Shown here in pieces: positions 14,978 to 26,343 of a stretch of 41,780 bases of DNA. The notes beneath the pieces were generated by a model. The model searched no databases. It was not told where the DNA came from and was given only the letters and a program-made list of their open reading frames with translations. The DNA comes from an uncultured Candidatus Marinamargulisbacteria bacterium. Its GTDB lineage: Bacteria; Margulisbacteria; Riflemargulisbacteria; GWF2-35-9. Positions within the stretch are counted from its first letter, which is position 1. Every line of letters begins with the position of its first letter. Location of the stretch: the NCBI GenBank assembly GCA_903902445.1, contig CAIUUT010000133.1, positions 1 through 41,780 on the forward strand, read 5' to 3'. The position numbers and the translations under genes are program-made.

Positions 14978-17539
14978 CTAGAAACCATTCAATTTTAAGC
15001 TAAAATATAGAAAACTCAGGCTACCCTCACTAGTAGCTATCCCGAATACTGGAACTATAGAAAAGAAATACCCGCTACTGCATTCCGTCTGTAGTTCAGC
15101 TCCATAAGAAGTTCTTCCTCCATTTATCGTCGAATAATCTGCGAATAAAACCCCATATACATCTCCAATAAAAATATTTGGATTCCAAAAACCATCTCTA
15201 ACTTGCAGAAACTGTCTGGTAAGTTCTAGAGTGACATGTGACCCACCTGCTGATGATGAATAATCCGAAAAACCACGAACATTCTCTGAGACAGGATAAT
15301 CTTTATATACGCTGCCTTTTAATGAAACTTTTCCGAAGGTTGAATAAAGCGTATTTACAACAGACAAATACGCACTCGTATCTAATCTTGCAGGCTTATT
15401 TAGGGAGGCAGAAAGTGTATAGGCATTTTCCGGGAAAGAATAGTTCACAAAACCAGTTAAATCCATGGTTTTATTTGAAGGAATAGATAATCCTACAAAT
15501 ATATTGGATATGCCATTAGATAGTCTTTGCAGAAGAGGATATGAGAAGTTTATGACCGTGTTGGGATTGTTGCTAAGTAGATTCGTTGCCACACTGCCTC
15601 TGAGCGGTATAAAAAGTTTTGTATTCAGAAAAGCACTAATCCCTTGCCCTGAGGACGAAAAAGAGAGCTGATAGTCAAAAAGACTTAAATGGTCTGACCC
15701 CGCGGCCAATTCGGGAAAAATACGATTATAAGGAAAACTTGACGCCCCCTCCGACAATAAAGTGTTAATTGTTGCTGCACTAAGATGCAAATCGATAGAT
15801 TCTGTAATTTCTTCTTGTGGTGGTAATATATATGGTTGTGCAGAAATACTATTTTGATACAGCCCTTCCCCATCAGCTTCTAACCCAACGAAAAACAGCT
15901 TATCCGAAACAATAACACCGTCTTTGGCGTAACTTCCAGTCGATATTCTAACAATACTTCCTGTCTTAAGACCATAAGCATAGGTCATTATTTTTTTATC
16001 ATAATTTGCTGTAAAAATTAGCGTATCACCTACTATTTTAATATTTGTCTCGTGCCAATAAGTGTTAATTATCGGCGTAATTTGTAGCGTCTTCATGTTT
16101 AAATAACCAATATTCCAAGAACCAATAGACTTTTTATATACCACCAGAAGCTTGTCTTTATAGGACTTTATTTCACTAATTAGCTCTTCAGTCTCCCCCA
16201 CTTTATATTTCTTTCCTTGCTCATAAAACCATAGCTCGCTGCCAAAGTTAGTTTTCTTTCTTTTGGAGTAAAAGATAGTACCCGAAGCTAAAGGGACATA
16301 ATCATAAAATTCATCAAAAAAAACTTCCTCAGGTTTTGACAAATTATTCACATTAATCCGATATAAAACATTTTGCAAACCTATCCCATAATTGTCGATA
16401 TTTGCACTACAAGGTTCGAACTCTGTTCCCACAAAATATAAATTAGCTGTGTTTTGTGTATCGGCCTGAATGGAGCTGTAATCAGAAACATTTGTAAAGG
16501 TAAATAGTAGCCTTTCTTTACTGGTAATTGGATCATATTCGGCTAATTGACAATAACTTGTAAAAAAAGCAAATGGACCAGGTGTTATAAAGTTTTGTTT
16601 TTCGTAATATAGCTTATTATTGATGGCGGCTAATTTCTTAAAAACAGAAGACGTCTTAATAATTGAAATTCTATCTCCAACTATTTCCCAATCCGCAGCC
16701 TGTTTTTTCTCGGCTTCTTGCCAGTCAAGGAAGAGCTTATCAAAGCCTTTACCATATATCTCTGTAGCCACGCTATCGATACCAATACTAGGGAAAAAGA
16801 TTCCAATCTGTGGAGTAAGAAAGTGTGAAGAATAAGCATAAAAGAATTTTGCGAACTTATCTTCTCCATAGGTTGCAGATAAATAGCGAAAGAATGAACC
16901 ACCATAAAGATAATGCTGACCTAGGGGAAAAGTTGCGTACATGTAATTGGCTTGCAACGAATTAGGAAGTTTGTCTGCCTTGGCTTTGCTCTGTATAAGC
17001 GCATCATATTCTCCATAATTTAGGCGTCCTGAATATTTATTTAATTGAGATTCTGTATAGACCGTGATCCCTTCAAGCACCCACATTGGCACACAAATAT
17101 TGGGAGCATATAGATCACCTAGAAAAAAAGTTGCGATATTTGCTAACCCAGAAGTATTATGCAGTTGATTTATATGTGTATATTCATGTACATACAACCC
17201 TTTGGTATAATCTTGATCGTGTGCAAACGCATCGGAATTTGGATCACAGGTATAATCGACTATTTTTGTCCCATAAATTGAAGCGGAACCATTGACATAC
17301 ATCCCATAATCCTGAATGACAATTGCCGTCTTAAGACGATTTTCATTTCCTGTCATTTTCTTAACCATAGGCTCGTTTGTTGTTAAATAGTAGAGTGCTT
17401 GTTTTGCCCTAAAATCGTAACCTGCTGGATAATAAATTATAAAATTACCAGTTTCTATAGTTTGCCAGTCAGAGAAAGAAAAAGCATAAAGAGGTAGTGA
17501 GCCTAGAATCAACAATATTAATAGTATCGCTTTTTTCAT
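14978..17539 (-). CDS. Secreted/outer-membrane protein: gluzincin-like domain, TolB-like beta-propeller and beta-rich C-terminus
   Basis: Signal peptide MKKAILLIL..LYA (start 17539 preferred to 17578); HEYTH plus WVLEGITVYTES; propeller-like middle; amphipathic strands ending in Phe. Confidence 0.7.
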   Translation of the reverse strand: MKKAILLILLILGSLPLYAFSFSDWQTIETGNFIIYYPAGYDFRAKQALYYLTTNEPMVKKMTGNENRLKTAIVIQDYGMYVNGSASIYGTKIVDYTCDPNSDAFAHDQDYTKGLYVHEYTHINQLHNTSGLANIATFFLGDLYAPNICVPMWVLEGITVYTESQLNKYSGRLNYGEYDALIQSKAKADKLPNSLQANYMYATFPLGQHYLYGGSFFRYLSATYGEDKFAKFFYAYSSHFLTPQIGIFFPSIGIDSVATEIYGKGFDKLFLDWQEAEKKQAADWEIVGDRISIIKTSSVFKKLAAINNKLYYEKQNFITPGPFAFFTSYCQLAEYDPITSKERLLFTFTNVSDYSSIQADTQNTANLYFVGTEFEPCSANIDNYGIGLQNVLYRINVNNLSKPEEVFFDEFYDYVPLASGTIFYSKRKKTNFGSELWFYEQGKKYKVGETEELISEIKSYKDKLLVVYKKSIGSWNIGYLNMKTLQITPIINTYWHETNIKIVGDTLIFTANYDKKIMTYAYGLKTGSIVRISTGSYAKDGVIVSDKLFFVGLEADGEGLYQNSISAQPYILPPQEEITESIDLHLSAATINTLLSEGASSFPYNRIFPELAAGSDHLSLFDYQLSFSSSGQGISAFLNTKLFIPLRGSVATNLLSNNPNTVINFSYPLLQRLSNGISNIFVGLSIPSNKTMDLTGFVNYSFPENAYTLSASLNKPARLDTSAYLSVVNTLYSTFGKVSLKGSVYKDYPVSENVRGFSDYSSSAGGSHVTLELTRQFLQVRDGFWNPNIFIGDVYGVLFADYSTINGGRTSYGAELQTECSSGYFFSIVPVFGIATSEGSLSFLYFSLKLNGF

Positions 17540-17584
17540 TTTGCCCTTTTTTTTATAATTCCTGGACGAAAAGTACATTAAATC

Positions 17585-17704
17585 GTCATTCCGAGCGCAC
17601 CGACTTTGTCTGGCAGTCGAGGAATCTGCAGGTCAAGAACTTAAATGCATTTCAGATCCCTCCATGCAGCCTGCCCTGAGCGCAGTCGAAGGGGTCGGGA
17701 TGAC
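17585..17704. repeat. Composite REP-like palindromic element (GTCATTCCGAGCG...GAGGAATCT / AGATCCCTC...CGGGATGAC)
   Basis: Inverted termini; nested CCCTGAGCGCAGTCGAAGGG unit; both arms recur at 40647-40807. Confidence 0.8.
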
Positions 17705-17710
17705 AAACGT

Positions 17711-18898
17711 TTAAAGATTATTTATTAAAGCTTTTGCAAATTCTAGAGAACCAACCTCAGTTGCACCCTCGATCTGTCGCGCTAAATCGTAGGTTACGAT
17801 TTTAGATTGTATGGTTTTCTCCATCGCCGTCACTACTGACTTGGCGGCTTCTTGCCAGCCTAAATACTCTAGCATCATCACCGCAGAAAGAATAAGTGAC
17901 GAGGGATTGGCTTTATTTAGATCCGTATATTTTGGAGCCGTACCATGGGTGGCCTCGAACACGGCGTAGAAATCGCCGATATTACCACCTGGAGCAAGGC
18001 CTAGCCCACCAACCTGTGCGGCACAAGCATCACTAAGGTAATCGCCATTTAGGTTGGTGGTAACCACTACGTCATAGTCGGCAGGTCGCAGCAATAACTG
18101 CTGGAACATGCTGTCGGCTATACGATCATTGATGAGAATCTTGTCACTAGGTGCTGGCCCTTGCAACTCACTTTCTAAAACGATATAGTCAGCAAATTCC
18201 CTTTTGGCTAATTCATAGCACCATGTGCGGAAAGCGCCTTCTGTATATTTCATGATATTGCCTTTGTGCACAATGGTCACCGATTTACGTTTATTTTCGA
18301 TGGCGTGATGCATCGCTTTTCGCATAAGGCGCTCGGAAGCGGGTCTACTTATTGGCTTTATGCCAATTCCAGTTTCCTCATGGAGGGAAATATTGAATCT
18401 GGTCTTGAGAAAATCTCTCACGTCTTTGGCTTCAGGCGTGCTGGCTTCCCACTCTATTCCCGCGTAGACATCTTCAGTATTTTCTCTGAAGATTACTACA
18501 TCGAGCTGCTCAGGATGTTTGAGCGGACTCTCAACACCACTAAAATAGACTACAGGTCTCACGCAGGCGTAGAGGTCTAAGTCTTGGCGAAGCGTCACAT
18601 TTAAGCTTCTGATGCCTTTACCAATGGGAGTCGTAAGTGGTCCTTTAATCGCTACCACATATTCTTTAATTTTTTCTAGAGTTTCGGCTGGCAGCCACTG
18701 CCCCGTTTGCCTAAAGGCTTTCTCCCCTGCCAATATTTCTAACCAAATAATTTCTTTGCCGATTTTATTTACTGCTGCATCTATCACTAAACGCATGGCT
18801 TTAGTAATATCTCCACCAATACCGTCACCCTCGATAAAAGGAATGGTAACTTTATCTGGGATTACTAATTTATTATTTTCTATGGTGATTTTATTCAT
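17711..18898 (-). CDS. icd: Isocitrate dehydrogenase (NADP, E. coli type)
   Basis: [68 protein letters not shown] before the ATG at 18898. Confidence 0.96.
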   Translation of the reverse strand: MNKITIENNKLVIPDKVTIPFIEGDGIGGDITKAMRLVIDAAVNKIGKEIIWLEILAGEKAFRQTGQWLPAETLEKIKEYVVAIKGPLTTPIGKGIRSLNVTLRQDLDLYACVRPVVYFSGVESPLKHPEQLDVVIFRENTEDVYAGIEWEASTPEAKDVRDFLKTRFNISLHEETGIGIKPISRPASERLMRKAMHHAIENKRKSVTIVHKGNIMKYTEGAFRTWCYELAKREFADYIVLESELQGPAPSDKILINDRIADSMFQQLLLRPADYDVVVTTNLNGDYLSDACAAQVGGLGLAPGGNIGDFYAVFEATHGTAPKYTDLNKANPSSLILSAVMMLEYLGWQEAAKSVVTAMEKTIQSKIVTYDLARQIEGATEVGSLEFAKALINNL

Positions 18899-18924
18899 AT
18901 TTACTTCTCCCACTAATATATTTT

Positions 18925-21666
18925 TTACTTATCTTTTCTCATTTGTTCTAATACTTGACCTAACATTTTAATGTTTTCTCCATAGCCTTTCCAGTCCGAA
19001 TTCTGGATTGATTTTTGAGCATCACTATAATATCGGCCTGCTTGATCGATTAAGCCTGAAAGTTTGGAGCTTTTTTCTTGGGGAGTATCTAGGACTGAAG
19101 ATTTTTTTGTTTCAACAGTAAAGGGGTCTGCGGCATTTAAGTCGAAAACTTTTTGCAATGCTAATTCGAAAGTCTCTTCCATCGCAATTTTATTTCCGTA
19201 GGCCACCACAATACGCTTTAGCTCAGGAAAACGAGACTGTGTCGCTTGCAAATAAACAGGCTCAACATAAATAAAACTGTTCTCCAATGGAATAACCAAT
19301 AGATTCCCTCGAATAACCTGGGAACCTTTTTGTCCCCAAAGCGACAACTGCTTAGAAATCTCGGTATCTTGATCGATTCGCGACTCTATTTGTTGGGGGC
19401 CATAGATCATTTGCTCTTTGGGCAACTTATAAACGGTAATTTTTCCATAATTGGGCGCATCTGAATTGGCGCTCATCCAGCCGATCATGTTGTTCTTCTT
19501 AGAGGGCGTAAAGGGCATCATTAGACGGAAAGTAAGTTTATCATCCTCTGGCAGCTTCATCATGGTGTAGTACGGCTGTATGGGTTGCGTCTTGTCTTCA
19601 AAGGTCTCGTTGGGAATAACCCATAAATCTTCTTGATTGTAAAATACCTGCGGGTCGTTCATGTGGTATTTTGAATACATTTTGGCCTGAATGGTAAACA
19701 AGTCCTCGGGATAGCGAAAATGGGAAACTAAATCTGGGTCAAGCTTACTTACATCCTTGAATAAAGAGGGGAAAATTTTACTATAAGCTAAGATTAGTGG
19801 GTCTTTTTTGTCGGTTAAATAGAAACTGGTTTCACCTGTATAGGCATCCACAACCACTTTTACCGCATTACGAATATAGTTGTAATTCCCGTAAAACGGC
19901 TGCGCGTAAGGATACATGTCGGACATCGTATAGGCATCGGTTATCCAATATAATTTACCTTTAGATAGCACCATATAGGGGTCACTATCGTAAAAAAGAA
20001 AAGGGGCTATTTTTTGTAGTCGCACCTTGATGTTTCGGTCAAAAAGTACGCGACTCTTAGGGGTAATGGTATCGGAAAGAATAATATTTAACTCTTGAAA
20101 CTTGATGGCAAAAAGCACTTTTTTAAAGAAATTGTTGAGCAAAATGCCGTGATGAGATTTATAAACCGTGTATTTATTATTATCTCCCTGAGGGTAATCA
20201 AACTCTTTGGCTTTCGTATTCACAATAATATATTTATTGGTCGATTCACCAAAATAAATATCCGGATTATCTATTTTAATGTCGGCATTAATTTTGGCTG
20301 GGATGTCGTAGATATAGAAATTGGGCAGCCCCTCACTGGTCATTTTATTTACTGGCAACATGACTAGGCCATGCCCGTGAGTGTAGGTTAAGCGTTGGTT
20401 GATCCAGTTTCGGGCTCCTTCAGGCAGTTGGTCTGCGTCAAGCTCTCTAGCCGAAAGCATTACCTGCTGATACTTACCATTTAGGGTATAGCGGTCGATA
20501 TCGACGTCATTAAAATCGTAATACAGACGTATGGCTTGTAGCTGGTCTAGAGTTTTTAGTAGTGGGCGGTGATCCCATAGCCGAATGTTGGAAATGGTCT
20601 CCTGGTTTTTCTGTAAATCAGCAACTTTTAGATTATTATTTATCGTAAAGGTACGCTCTTCGACATTGTTAAGATTGTAGGCTTCTCTAGTGTAGGCAAC
20701 ATTTTGCTCTATATAGGGACGCTCTTTTTCAATTTCATTTGGTTTTACTACGAATTGCTGCAAGACAGAAGGATAAACAACTTTTAAGGCTACGAAAACT
20801 ATTACCAAAACTGCCAAACCTTCTAGTGGCAACAAAATCCCTTTACGGAAGATATTTACAAAGATAAGCCCCACTATAAAAAGTGCGACAACAAATAAAA
20901 CTTTATAGCCCAAAAGGTCGGCGTGAATATCGGAATAACCCGCACCATATACCAGTCCCTTTGCTGAGTATAATAGGTGATACATATTTAATTTATAGGA
21001 CCATGCTAATAAGCCAAAGAAAATAGCCAGTAGTACTGAGATATGGACCTTAACCTCTTTACGAATTTCCAAAGCTCTCCCTTTTATTCTTATAGCCTTA
21101 TGGTTAAAATAGATAAGGCCTACCATGATGGCCGTAACAAGGGTTAAGCCTGACAACCATGTTTGCAACAACTTATAGAAGGGGTAAATAAAAAAGTAAA
21201 AACCTATATCTTGATTAAAAATAGGGTCAGTTTTTCCGAAAAGACCACCATTGTAAAAAAGGAGTACTTTGTCCCAATTAAGAAACCAAAACCCGCCAAA
21301 TAATAAGCAGAAAATACCTGCTACAACCAAGGCAATCCATTTATAGGAAGTCAATAATTCCATGGTTTTATTGAAAGGAAGACTGTCAAAGTTGAAGTTT
21401 AAACTACCATCGTAAACAACTTCAGGCTCTTTATCTAATTTACGTCTTGTCCACATCGCCAAAAATATATTTGCGTAGATGAAGAAGAAAGCTACTACAG
21501 CAAAGATGAGTAGTACCCCTAAACGAACTTCCCAAATCTTGAGAAAAACACTCTGATAACCAAGGTCAATAAACCACAAGAATTCGGGGTAAATGTTGAT
21601 AAGCGCCTTCAGTAGAGGCCCTAAAATCATGAAAGCAATAAAAATACCATAAAGGTAAATAAGCAT
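18925..21666 (-). CDS. UPF0182 family membrane protein
   Basis: About 7 N-terminal TMs; [52 protein letters not shown]. Confidence 0.93.
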   Translation of the reverse strand: MLIYLYGIFIAFMILGPLLKALINIYPEFLWFIDLGYQSVFLKIWEVRLGVLLIFAVVAFFFIYANIFLAMWTRRKLDKEPEVVYDGSLNFNFDSLPFNKTMELLTSYKWIALVVAGIFCLLFGGFWFLNWDKVLLFYNGGLFGKTDPIFNQDIGFYFFIYPFYKLLQTWLSGLTLVTAIMVGLIYFNHKAIRIKGRALEIRKEVKVHISVLLAIFFGLLAWSYKLNMYHLLYSAKGLVYGAGYSDIHADLLGYKVLFVVALFIVGLIFVNIFRKGILLPLEGLAVLVIVFVALKVVYPSVLQQFVVKPNEIEKERPYIEQNVAYTREAYNLNNVEERTFTINNNLKVADLQKNQETISNIRLWDHRPLLKTLDQLQAIRLYYDFNDVDIDRYTLNGKYQQVMLSARELDADQLPEGARNWINQRLTYTHGHGLVMLPVNKMTSEGLPNFYIYDIPAKINADIKIDNPDIYFGESTNKYIIVNTKAKEFDYPQGDNNKYTVYKSHHGILLNNFFKKVLFAIKFQELNIILSDTITPKSRVLFDRNIKVRLQKIAPFLFYDSDPYMVLSKGKLYWITDAYTMSDMYPYAQPFYGNYNYIRNAVKVVVDAYTGETSFYLTDKKDPLILAYSKIFPSLFKDVSKLDPDLVSHFRYPEDLFTIQAKMYSKYHMNDPQVFYNQEDLWVIPNETFEDKTQPIQPYYTMMKLPEDDKLTFRLMMPFTPSKKNNMIGWMSANSDAPNYGKITVYKLPKEQMIYGPQQIESRIDQDTEISKQLSLWGQKGSQVIRGNLLVIPLENSFIYVEPVYLQATQSRFPELKRIVVAYGNKIAMEETFELALQKVFDLNAADPFTVETKKSSVLDTPQEKSSKLSGLIDQAGRYYSDAQKSIQNSDWKGYGENIKMLGQVLEQMRKDK

Positions 21667-21819
21667 TAAGCATAGTTTAATCTATTCGCGAGCAATTGCC
21701 TAGAATATTTTTTTCCAGTTTTTGCCATAATGCCATTAATTTTATAATTGTTAACCACAATCTTCTTAATTGAAAGTAGTAGCCCCCACTCTTTTAATAA
21801 GTTATAATTTATTTTACTT

Positions 21820-22404
21820 ATGCTTGGCAAGAAAGTAATTGCAAAAACAATCGGATATCTCCTTTATGTTGCGGTAATCTGCATCAATAAAACGCTGAAA
21901 ATTTCCATTGAAAATAAATCTGGTCACGAGCTTTTTGCAACGGAACCTTATATTTTTGCAATTTGGCACAAAAATACCTTCACTCCCTTTTATTGTTATA
22001 GGAACAAAGATATTGCCATGTTTGTATCTAGCAATCTAAAGGGCATGATTTTAGAGCAAACCGCAAAGTTACTGGGCTATGACACCATTCCCTATGGCAA
22101 AGATGATACTCGCCATACCATTAATATAAAGAAAAAACTGGAACAGAAGCAAAATGCCATTATGGCCGTTGATGGACCGACAGGACCAGCTCTTAGGATT
22201 AAAGAAGGCTGCCATTATCTAACTGATAAAACCCATGTTCCTACTGTGGCTATTCACGTTAACTATTCGGCCTACTTTCCCATATTTTGGCGCTGGGACA
22301 AATATTGTATCCCTTTTCCCTTTTCTAAGGTTATAATTACCTTTTCTAAACCTTTTTCACTCAATAATGAATGGGTAGAATTGCAACAATTTTTGGAGGC
22401 CTAA
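21820..22404 (+). CDS. DUF374 / lysophospholipid acyltransferase family protein
   Basis: IFAIWH, MAVDGPTGP, WDKYCIPFPFSK motifs. Confidence 0.8.
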   Translation: MLGKKVIAKTIGYLLYVAVICINKTLKISIENKSGHELFATEPYIFAIWHKNTFTPFYCYRNKDIAMFVSSNLKGMILEQTAKLLGYDTIPYGKDDTRHTINIKKKLEQKQNAIMAVDGPTGPALRIKEGCHYLTDKTHVPTVAIHVNYSAYFPIFWRWDKYCIPFPFSKVIITFSKPFSLNNEWVELQQFLEA

Positions 22405-22405
22405 A

Positions 22406-23923
22406 ATGAACAATTATGAAATTTTAAAAAACTATGACCTCTTTAATAATTTATCAATCGCTACCTTTACCATGGTTAATGAAAATCTACGCGAGGAGTC
22501 CTTTGTCAAAGGAACAACTATTTTTAATGAAGGAGAAATCGGTGATAAAATATTTTTCATTGTGCAAGGCAGTGTTTCGATATCTGTAGAAAATAAGCAA
22601 GGGCAAGATATAATCCTCTCTTCGCTTTGCGCAGGAGAGTTTTTCGGGGAAATGGCGATGCTTACACATTCCTCACGAACTGCTACCGCAATAGCTGCAA
22701 GTGACTGCGTGCTTTCCTATATGCAAAAACACGAGTTTGACCAACTACTTGAGAATCATCAGGTAATGGCGGTAGAGCTTAGCAGAGTTCTCAGCCAAAG
22801 ACTTATATCTACAAATCGAATTATTACCCATAAAGTAACCAATGAACTAATACTATTTATTGGTGCAGATGCAAATATTGATAAAACAAATATTTTTCTA
22901 GATTATTTCGAAAAAATCACTGCAAAAAAAATAATTATTTTGGACGAATCTATGGATATTGAGCAAGAACTTCAAAGAGTAAATAACTGTTTCCTAATAG
23001 TAAAGTGCAAGGTAATTACGCCACAAATTAGAGCTTTGGCTCAGCATATTATTAGTTTTCAAGATCTGCAAGAAACAGGAATATACTCCTTGAAAAGCTC
23101 CTGCATGCTGGTGGATTTGCAAAGGGTTGCCCGTTCTATCGCCAAAAAAACGATTGGCATTGCACTTAGTAGCGGAACTGCTCCTGGTCTAGCCCACGTT
23201 GGAGTAATGAAAGTTCTAACCGAAAATAATATTCCTTTAGATTTCATCGCTGGAACAAGCGGTGGTTCGTTATACGGGGCTCCGTTTGCCTTCAACCTAA
23301 ATTATGATGCGATCTATACTGCTTTTGAACAAGTCTACAAAAAGCCTCTGTATCAATTATGGGATCCATCCCTAAGTATTAGCGGAATCTTTAAGGGCAA
23401 TAAATTATTGCTCAAAACCATTCATAAACTTCTTGGCAAAAAGAATATTGAAGAAACCTATATTCCTTTTGCTGCTGTCTCCACTAATTTATATACGGGG
23501 AAAGAAGAGATAATTTCCACTGGCGACTTAATGAACGCCATTCGAGCCTCTTTGTCTATCCCTATTATGTTTACTCCTGTGCGACACAAAAATAAGTTAC
23601 TCGTAGATGGAGTAGTTACCACTCCCGTTCCCATTTCGGCCTTGGAAAAAAACAATATACATATAAAGATTGCGGTATATGTTTCCGAGCTAAATAAGTT
23701 TGAAAATAAACATCCCAATTTACTTAATGTTTTTCTTCGAGCTAGGAATATTTCTTCGGACTTTATTGCTGATGCAAGTGTGGAGCGAGCAGATGTAATT
23801 ATTAAGCCAAAAGTCCATCATTTAAAGCAATTTGAATATAACCGCATCGATGACATCATAAAAGCTGGCGAGGAGGCTGCACTACAGGCATTGCCCCGCA
23901 TAAAGAAATTATTACAAGCTTAG
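22406..23923 (+). CDS. cNMP-binding domain plus patatin-like phospholipase (NTE/RssA-like)
   Basis: GEFFGEMAML..RTAT; GLAHVGV, GTSGG nucleophile elbow, ASLSIP, LVDGVV. Confidence 0.88.
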   Translation: MNNYEILKNYDLFNNLSIATFTMVNENLREESFVKGTTIFNEGEIGDKIFFIVQGSVSISVENKQGQDIILSSLCAGEFFGEMAMLTHSSRTATAIAASDCVLSYMQKHEFDQLLENHQVMAVELSRVLSQRLISTNRIITHKVTNELILFIGADANIDKTNIFLDYFEKITAKKIIILDESMDIEQELQRVNNCFLIVKCKVITPQIRALAQHIISFQDLQETGIYSLKSSCMLVDLQRVARSIAKKTIGIALSSGTAPGLAHVGVMKVLTENNIPLDFIAGTSGGSLYGAPFAFNLNYDAIYTAFEQVYKKPLYQLWDPSLSISGIFKGNKLLLKTIHKLLGKKNIEETYIPFAAVSTNLYTGKEEIISTGDLMNAIRASLSIPIMFTPVRHKNKLLVDGVVTTPVPISALEKNNIHIKIAVYVSELNKFENKHPNLLNVFLRARNISSDFIADASVERADVIIKPKVHHLKQFEYNRIDDIIKAGEEAALQALPRIKKLLQA

Positions 23924-23929
23924 AAGTGC

Positions 23930-24934
23930 TTACGGATAGACAGGCGAAAGAATAAGACCCGCCGTTTCTTCTAGTCCTAAGATTAAATTCATGTTTTGTA
24001 CGGCCTGACCGCTTGCCCCTTTTACCAAATTGTCGATAACTGAGACTATGATAAATTGACCTTCTTTGCTGGCTTTATATAATTTTAAATAGGCATTATT
24101 GGTCCCTGTGATCATACGTAGCTCAGGATCTGATTTGGTAAGAACGGTTACAAAAGGCTCGTTTTTGTAAGTTGTCTGCAAGAGGCTATTGAGTTCTTCA
24201 TAGGTTTTTTGTGATTTAAAGTAAACCGTGGCTAAAATCCCCCTACTAACTGGCAGCAAGTGAGGAGTAAACTCTAGCTTTTGCCCCACATAAGTTTCTA
24301 TTTCAGGCTGATGGCGATGTTTGGCAATACCATACGCCTTAAAATTGCTGGCTACATTTACATACATATACGCTTCTTCTGCTTTTCTTCCCGCTCCTGA
24401 TACTCCGCTTTTGGCATCGATAATGATGTCAGTAACGACCTCTTTAAGGGGCAATAAGGCCAGTAAAGAGGCGGTAACATAACAACCAGGATTGCCAATG
24501 AGTTTGGCGTTAACGATATCCTTCCGAAAGAATTCGGGCAACCCATAAACCGCCTGACTGCACAAATCTCTTTGGCTGTGAGGTTTATAAGTCTTTTCAT
24601 AAGTCTGATAATCGGAAAAACGGAAATCAGCACTAAGATCAACCACCTTGATACCCGCTTCTAATAGATCAAAAGCAAATTGCATTGACTCCCCATGAGG
24701 TACTGCTAAAAAGACGCAATCAAGCTTTCTTTTTTTGGCTTCCAGCACAGTATAGTCTTCGAAGGATAGATCTAGATACGATAAATCTGGATATAATTCT
24801 GAAACCTTCTTGCCAGCACTAGAGGTAGACGTGGCATAAACTAACTCTACCCCACCATGCCCAGCTAATATTTTAATAAGTTCATGACCGGTAAAACCAG
24901 TAGCCCCAACAATCCCAACTTTGAACTTACTCAT
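23930..24934 (-). CDS. argC: N-acetyl-gamma-glutamyl-phosphate reductase
   Basis: GIVGATGFTG, DLSADFR, YGLPE, GNPGCY, SGVSGAG, HRHQPEI, DNLVKGASGQAVQNMN. Confidence 0.97.
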   Translation of the reverse strand: MSKFKVGIVGATGFTGHELIKILAGHGGVELVYATSTSSAGKKVSELYPDLSYLDLSFEDYTVLEAKKRKLDCVFLAVPHGESMQFAFDLLEAGIKVVDLSADFRFSDYQTYEKTYKPHSQRDLCSQAVYGLPEFFRKDIVNAKLIGNPGCYVTASLLALLPLKEVVTDIIIDAKSGVSGAGRKAEEAYMYVNVASNFKAYGIAKHRHQPEIETYVGQKLEFTPHLLPVSRGILATVYFKSQKTYEELNSLLQTTYKNEPFVTVLTKSDPELRMITGTNNAYLKLYKASKEGQFIIVSVIDNLVKGASGQAVQNMNLILGLEETAGLILSPVYP

Positions 24935-25203
24935 TAGTTTCGAAGCTGAGACAGAAGCCCAGTCCTTTCTGATTCCAGAATTTTTATCTTGATATAGGCT
25001 TCATTCTTGTCGAAAGTGTTGAGTGACTTATTGTACGTTTCCCATGCCGCGGAAAGGGAAATAAGGATGCGATAGAGTTTTTCATCTCTCGCATTGTATT
25101 TTAGTGCCTTGTCTAAAAATTCCTCCGACTGGAATTGTTCATCCATAACAATTGGAGAATCAATAATTGGGTCAGATAGGGCGTTTAATTCTTCTAAATT
25201 CAT
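24934..25203 (-). CDS. Hypothetical 89-aa protein
   Basis: RBS-like AGGA; its stop overlaps the argC start (TAATG). Confidence 0.6.
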   Translation of the reverse strand: MNLEELNALSDPIIDSPIVMDEQFQSEEFLDKALKYNARDEKLYRILISLSAAWETYNKSLNTFDKNEAYIKIKILESERTGLLSQLRN

Positions 25204-25279
25204 ATCCTACTTAGAATAACACTATTTAATTTGAATTTCAATAATTTGCTTGGTCAATACCCAACGATTTTACTAGGCA

Positions 25280-26335
25280 TTAAACAACTTCAAGAGTTAG
25301 TGATGGAAACTTATCATTTAATACTTTTTGCAGTGTATCTAAAACTGGCACCTCACTGAGTTCATGACCAAGATCCAGAACAGTAAGATTATGGTCCTTT
25401 GCCAACAATTCGTCATGGTATCCAATCTCTGCGGTTATATATAGATCTATATCTAAAGCAATAACCCTCTTTAGCAAACTCGAGCCATTGCCGCCACAAA
25501 AGCCAATTCGTTTTATTGACTTTTGCGAATCGGTGTTTCCTTTTAAACTTCCCGCTGGCCACTTTTGACTAAATTCTCCCAAACTAAGGGGGGAGACCTC
25601 CGCATACCGCCCCAAGCCGACCTGCTGGCCAGTATTGATAAGTGGAACAAGGTCATACGCAACCTCTTCATAAGGATGATAGTTTTTCATTAAGGCAAGC
25701 ACCTGAGAAACGTCCGCATCTTTAACGATGGTCTCCAGTTTATATTCTTGCACTTTGGATAAATGTCCTATTTCTCCTATGAAAGGATGTGACTCCTGCT
25801 CGGGGAGAAATGTTCCTTCCCCTAAACTGCTAAAAGAACAGTGCGAATAATTACCGATGTGGCCAACCTTGGTCTGCAAAAATTGCTCCCTGAATTGAAG
25901 GAAATACTCAGCCGGAATGTAAACGATGAGCTTAGACAATTTTTCGCTGTTGGTTACTTGGAGTACTTGCGTTTGTGCGCAACCAAACTTGGCTGCCAAA
26001 GCATCACTTACCCCTTTACTGGCAATGTCCAGATTGGTATGAAGTGAGTATACCGTAAGTTCGTTCTGAATAATAGTTTGGATCAGCTTTCCGCTGGGAC
26101 TCGAAGTATCTAAATGTTTTAGAGGTGTAAAGATGAGAGGATGGTGGGCAATTATGAGTTTACTGCCTAAAGCGAGAGCCTTTTCGACAACCTGGGGTGT
26201 AACCGTAAGGGTTATTACTACAGTATCTGTTTGCCCTAATAAGTCCCCAACTTGTAAACCACAGTTGTCCCAGTCTAAAGCATATTTTAATGGGTATACT
26301 TGCTCTAAATAGGAGGTAATGTCCGCTATTTTCAA
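25280..26335 (-). CDS. Nif3-like dinuclear metal centre protein (YqfO type with PII-like insert)
   Basis: WDNCGLQVG, AHHPLIF, HTNLD, GHIGNYSHCSF, HPYEEVAYD, GHELSE. Confidence 0.92.
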   Translation of the reverse strand: MKIADITSYLEQVYPLKYALDWDNCGLQVGDLLGQTDTVVITLTVTPQVVEKALALGSKLIIAHHPLIFTPLKHLDTSSPSGKLIQTIIQNELTVYSLHTNLDIASKGVSDALAAKFGCAQTQVLQVTNSEKLSKLIVYIPAEYFLQFREQFLQTKVGHIGNYSHCSFSSLGEGTFLPEQESHPFIGEIGHLSKVQEYKLETIVKDADVSQVLALMKNYHPYEEVAYDLVPLINTGQQVGLGRYAEVSPLSLGEFSQKWPAGSLKGNTDSQKSIKRIGFCGGNGSSLLKRVIALDIDLYITAEIGYHDELLAKDHNLTVLDLGHELSEVPVLDTLQKVLNDKFPSLTLEVV

Positions 26336-26343
26336 GTCATTAA

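Noticed and set aside
17497-17679. 60-aa plus-strand ORF (likewise 40400-40720)
   Set aside because: Both run through REP-like repeats and overlap the starts of real minus-strand genes.
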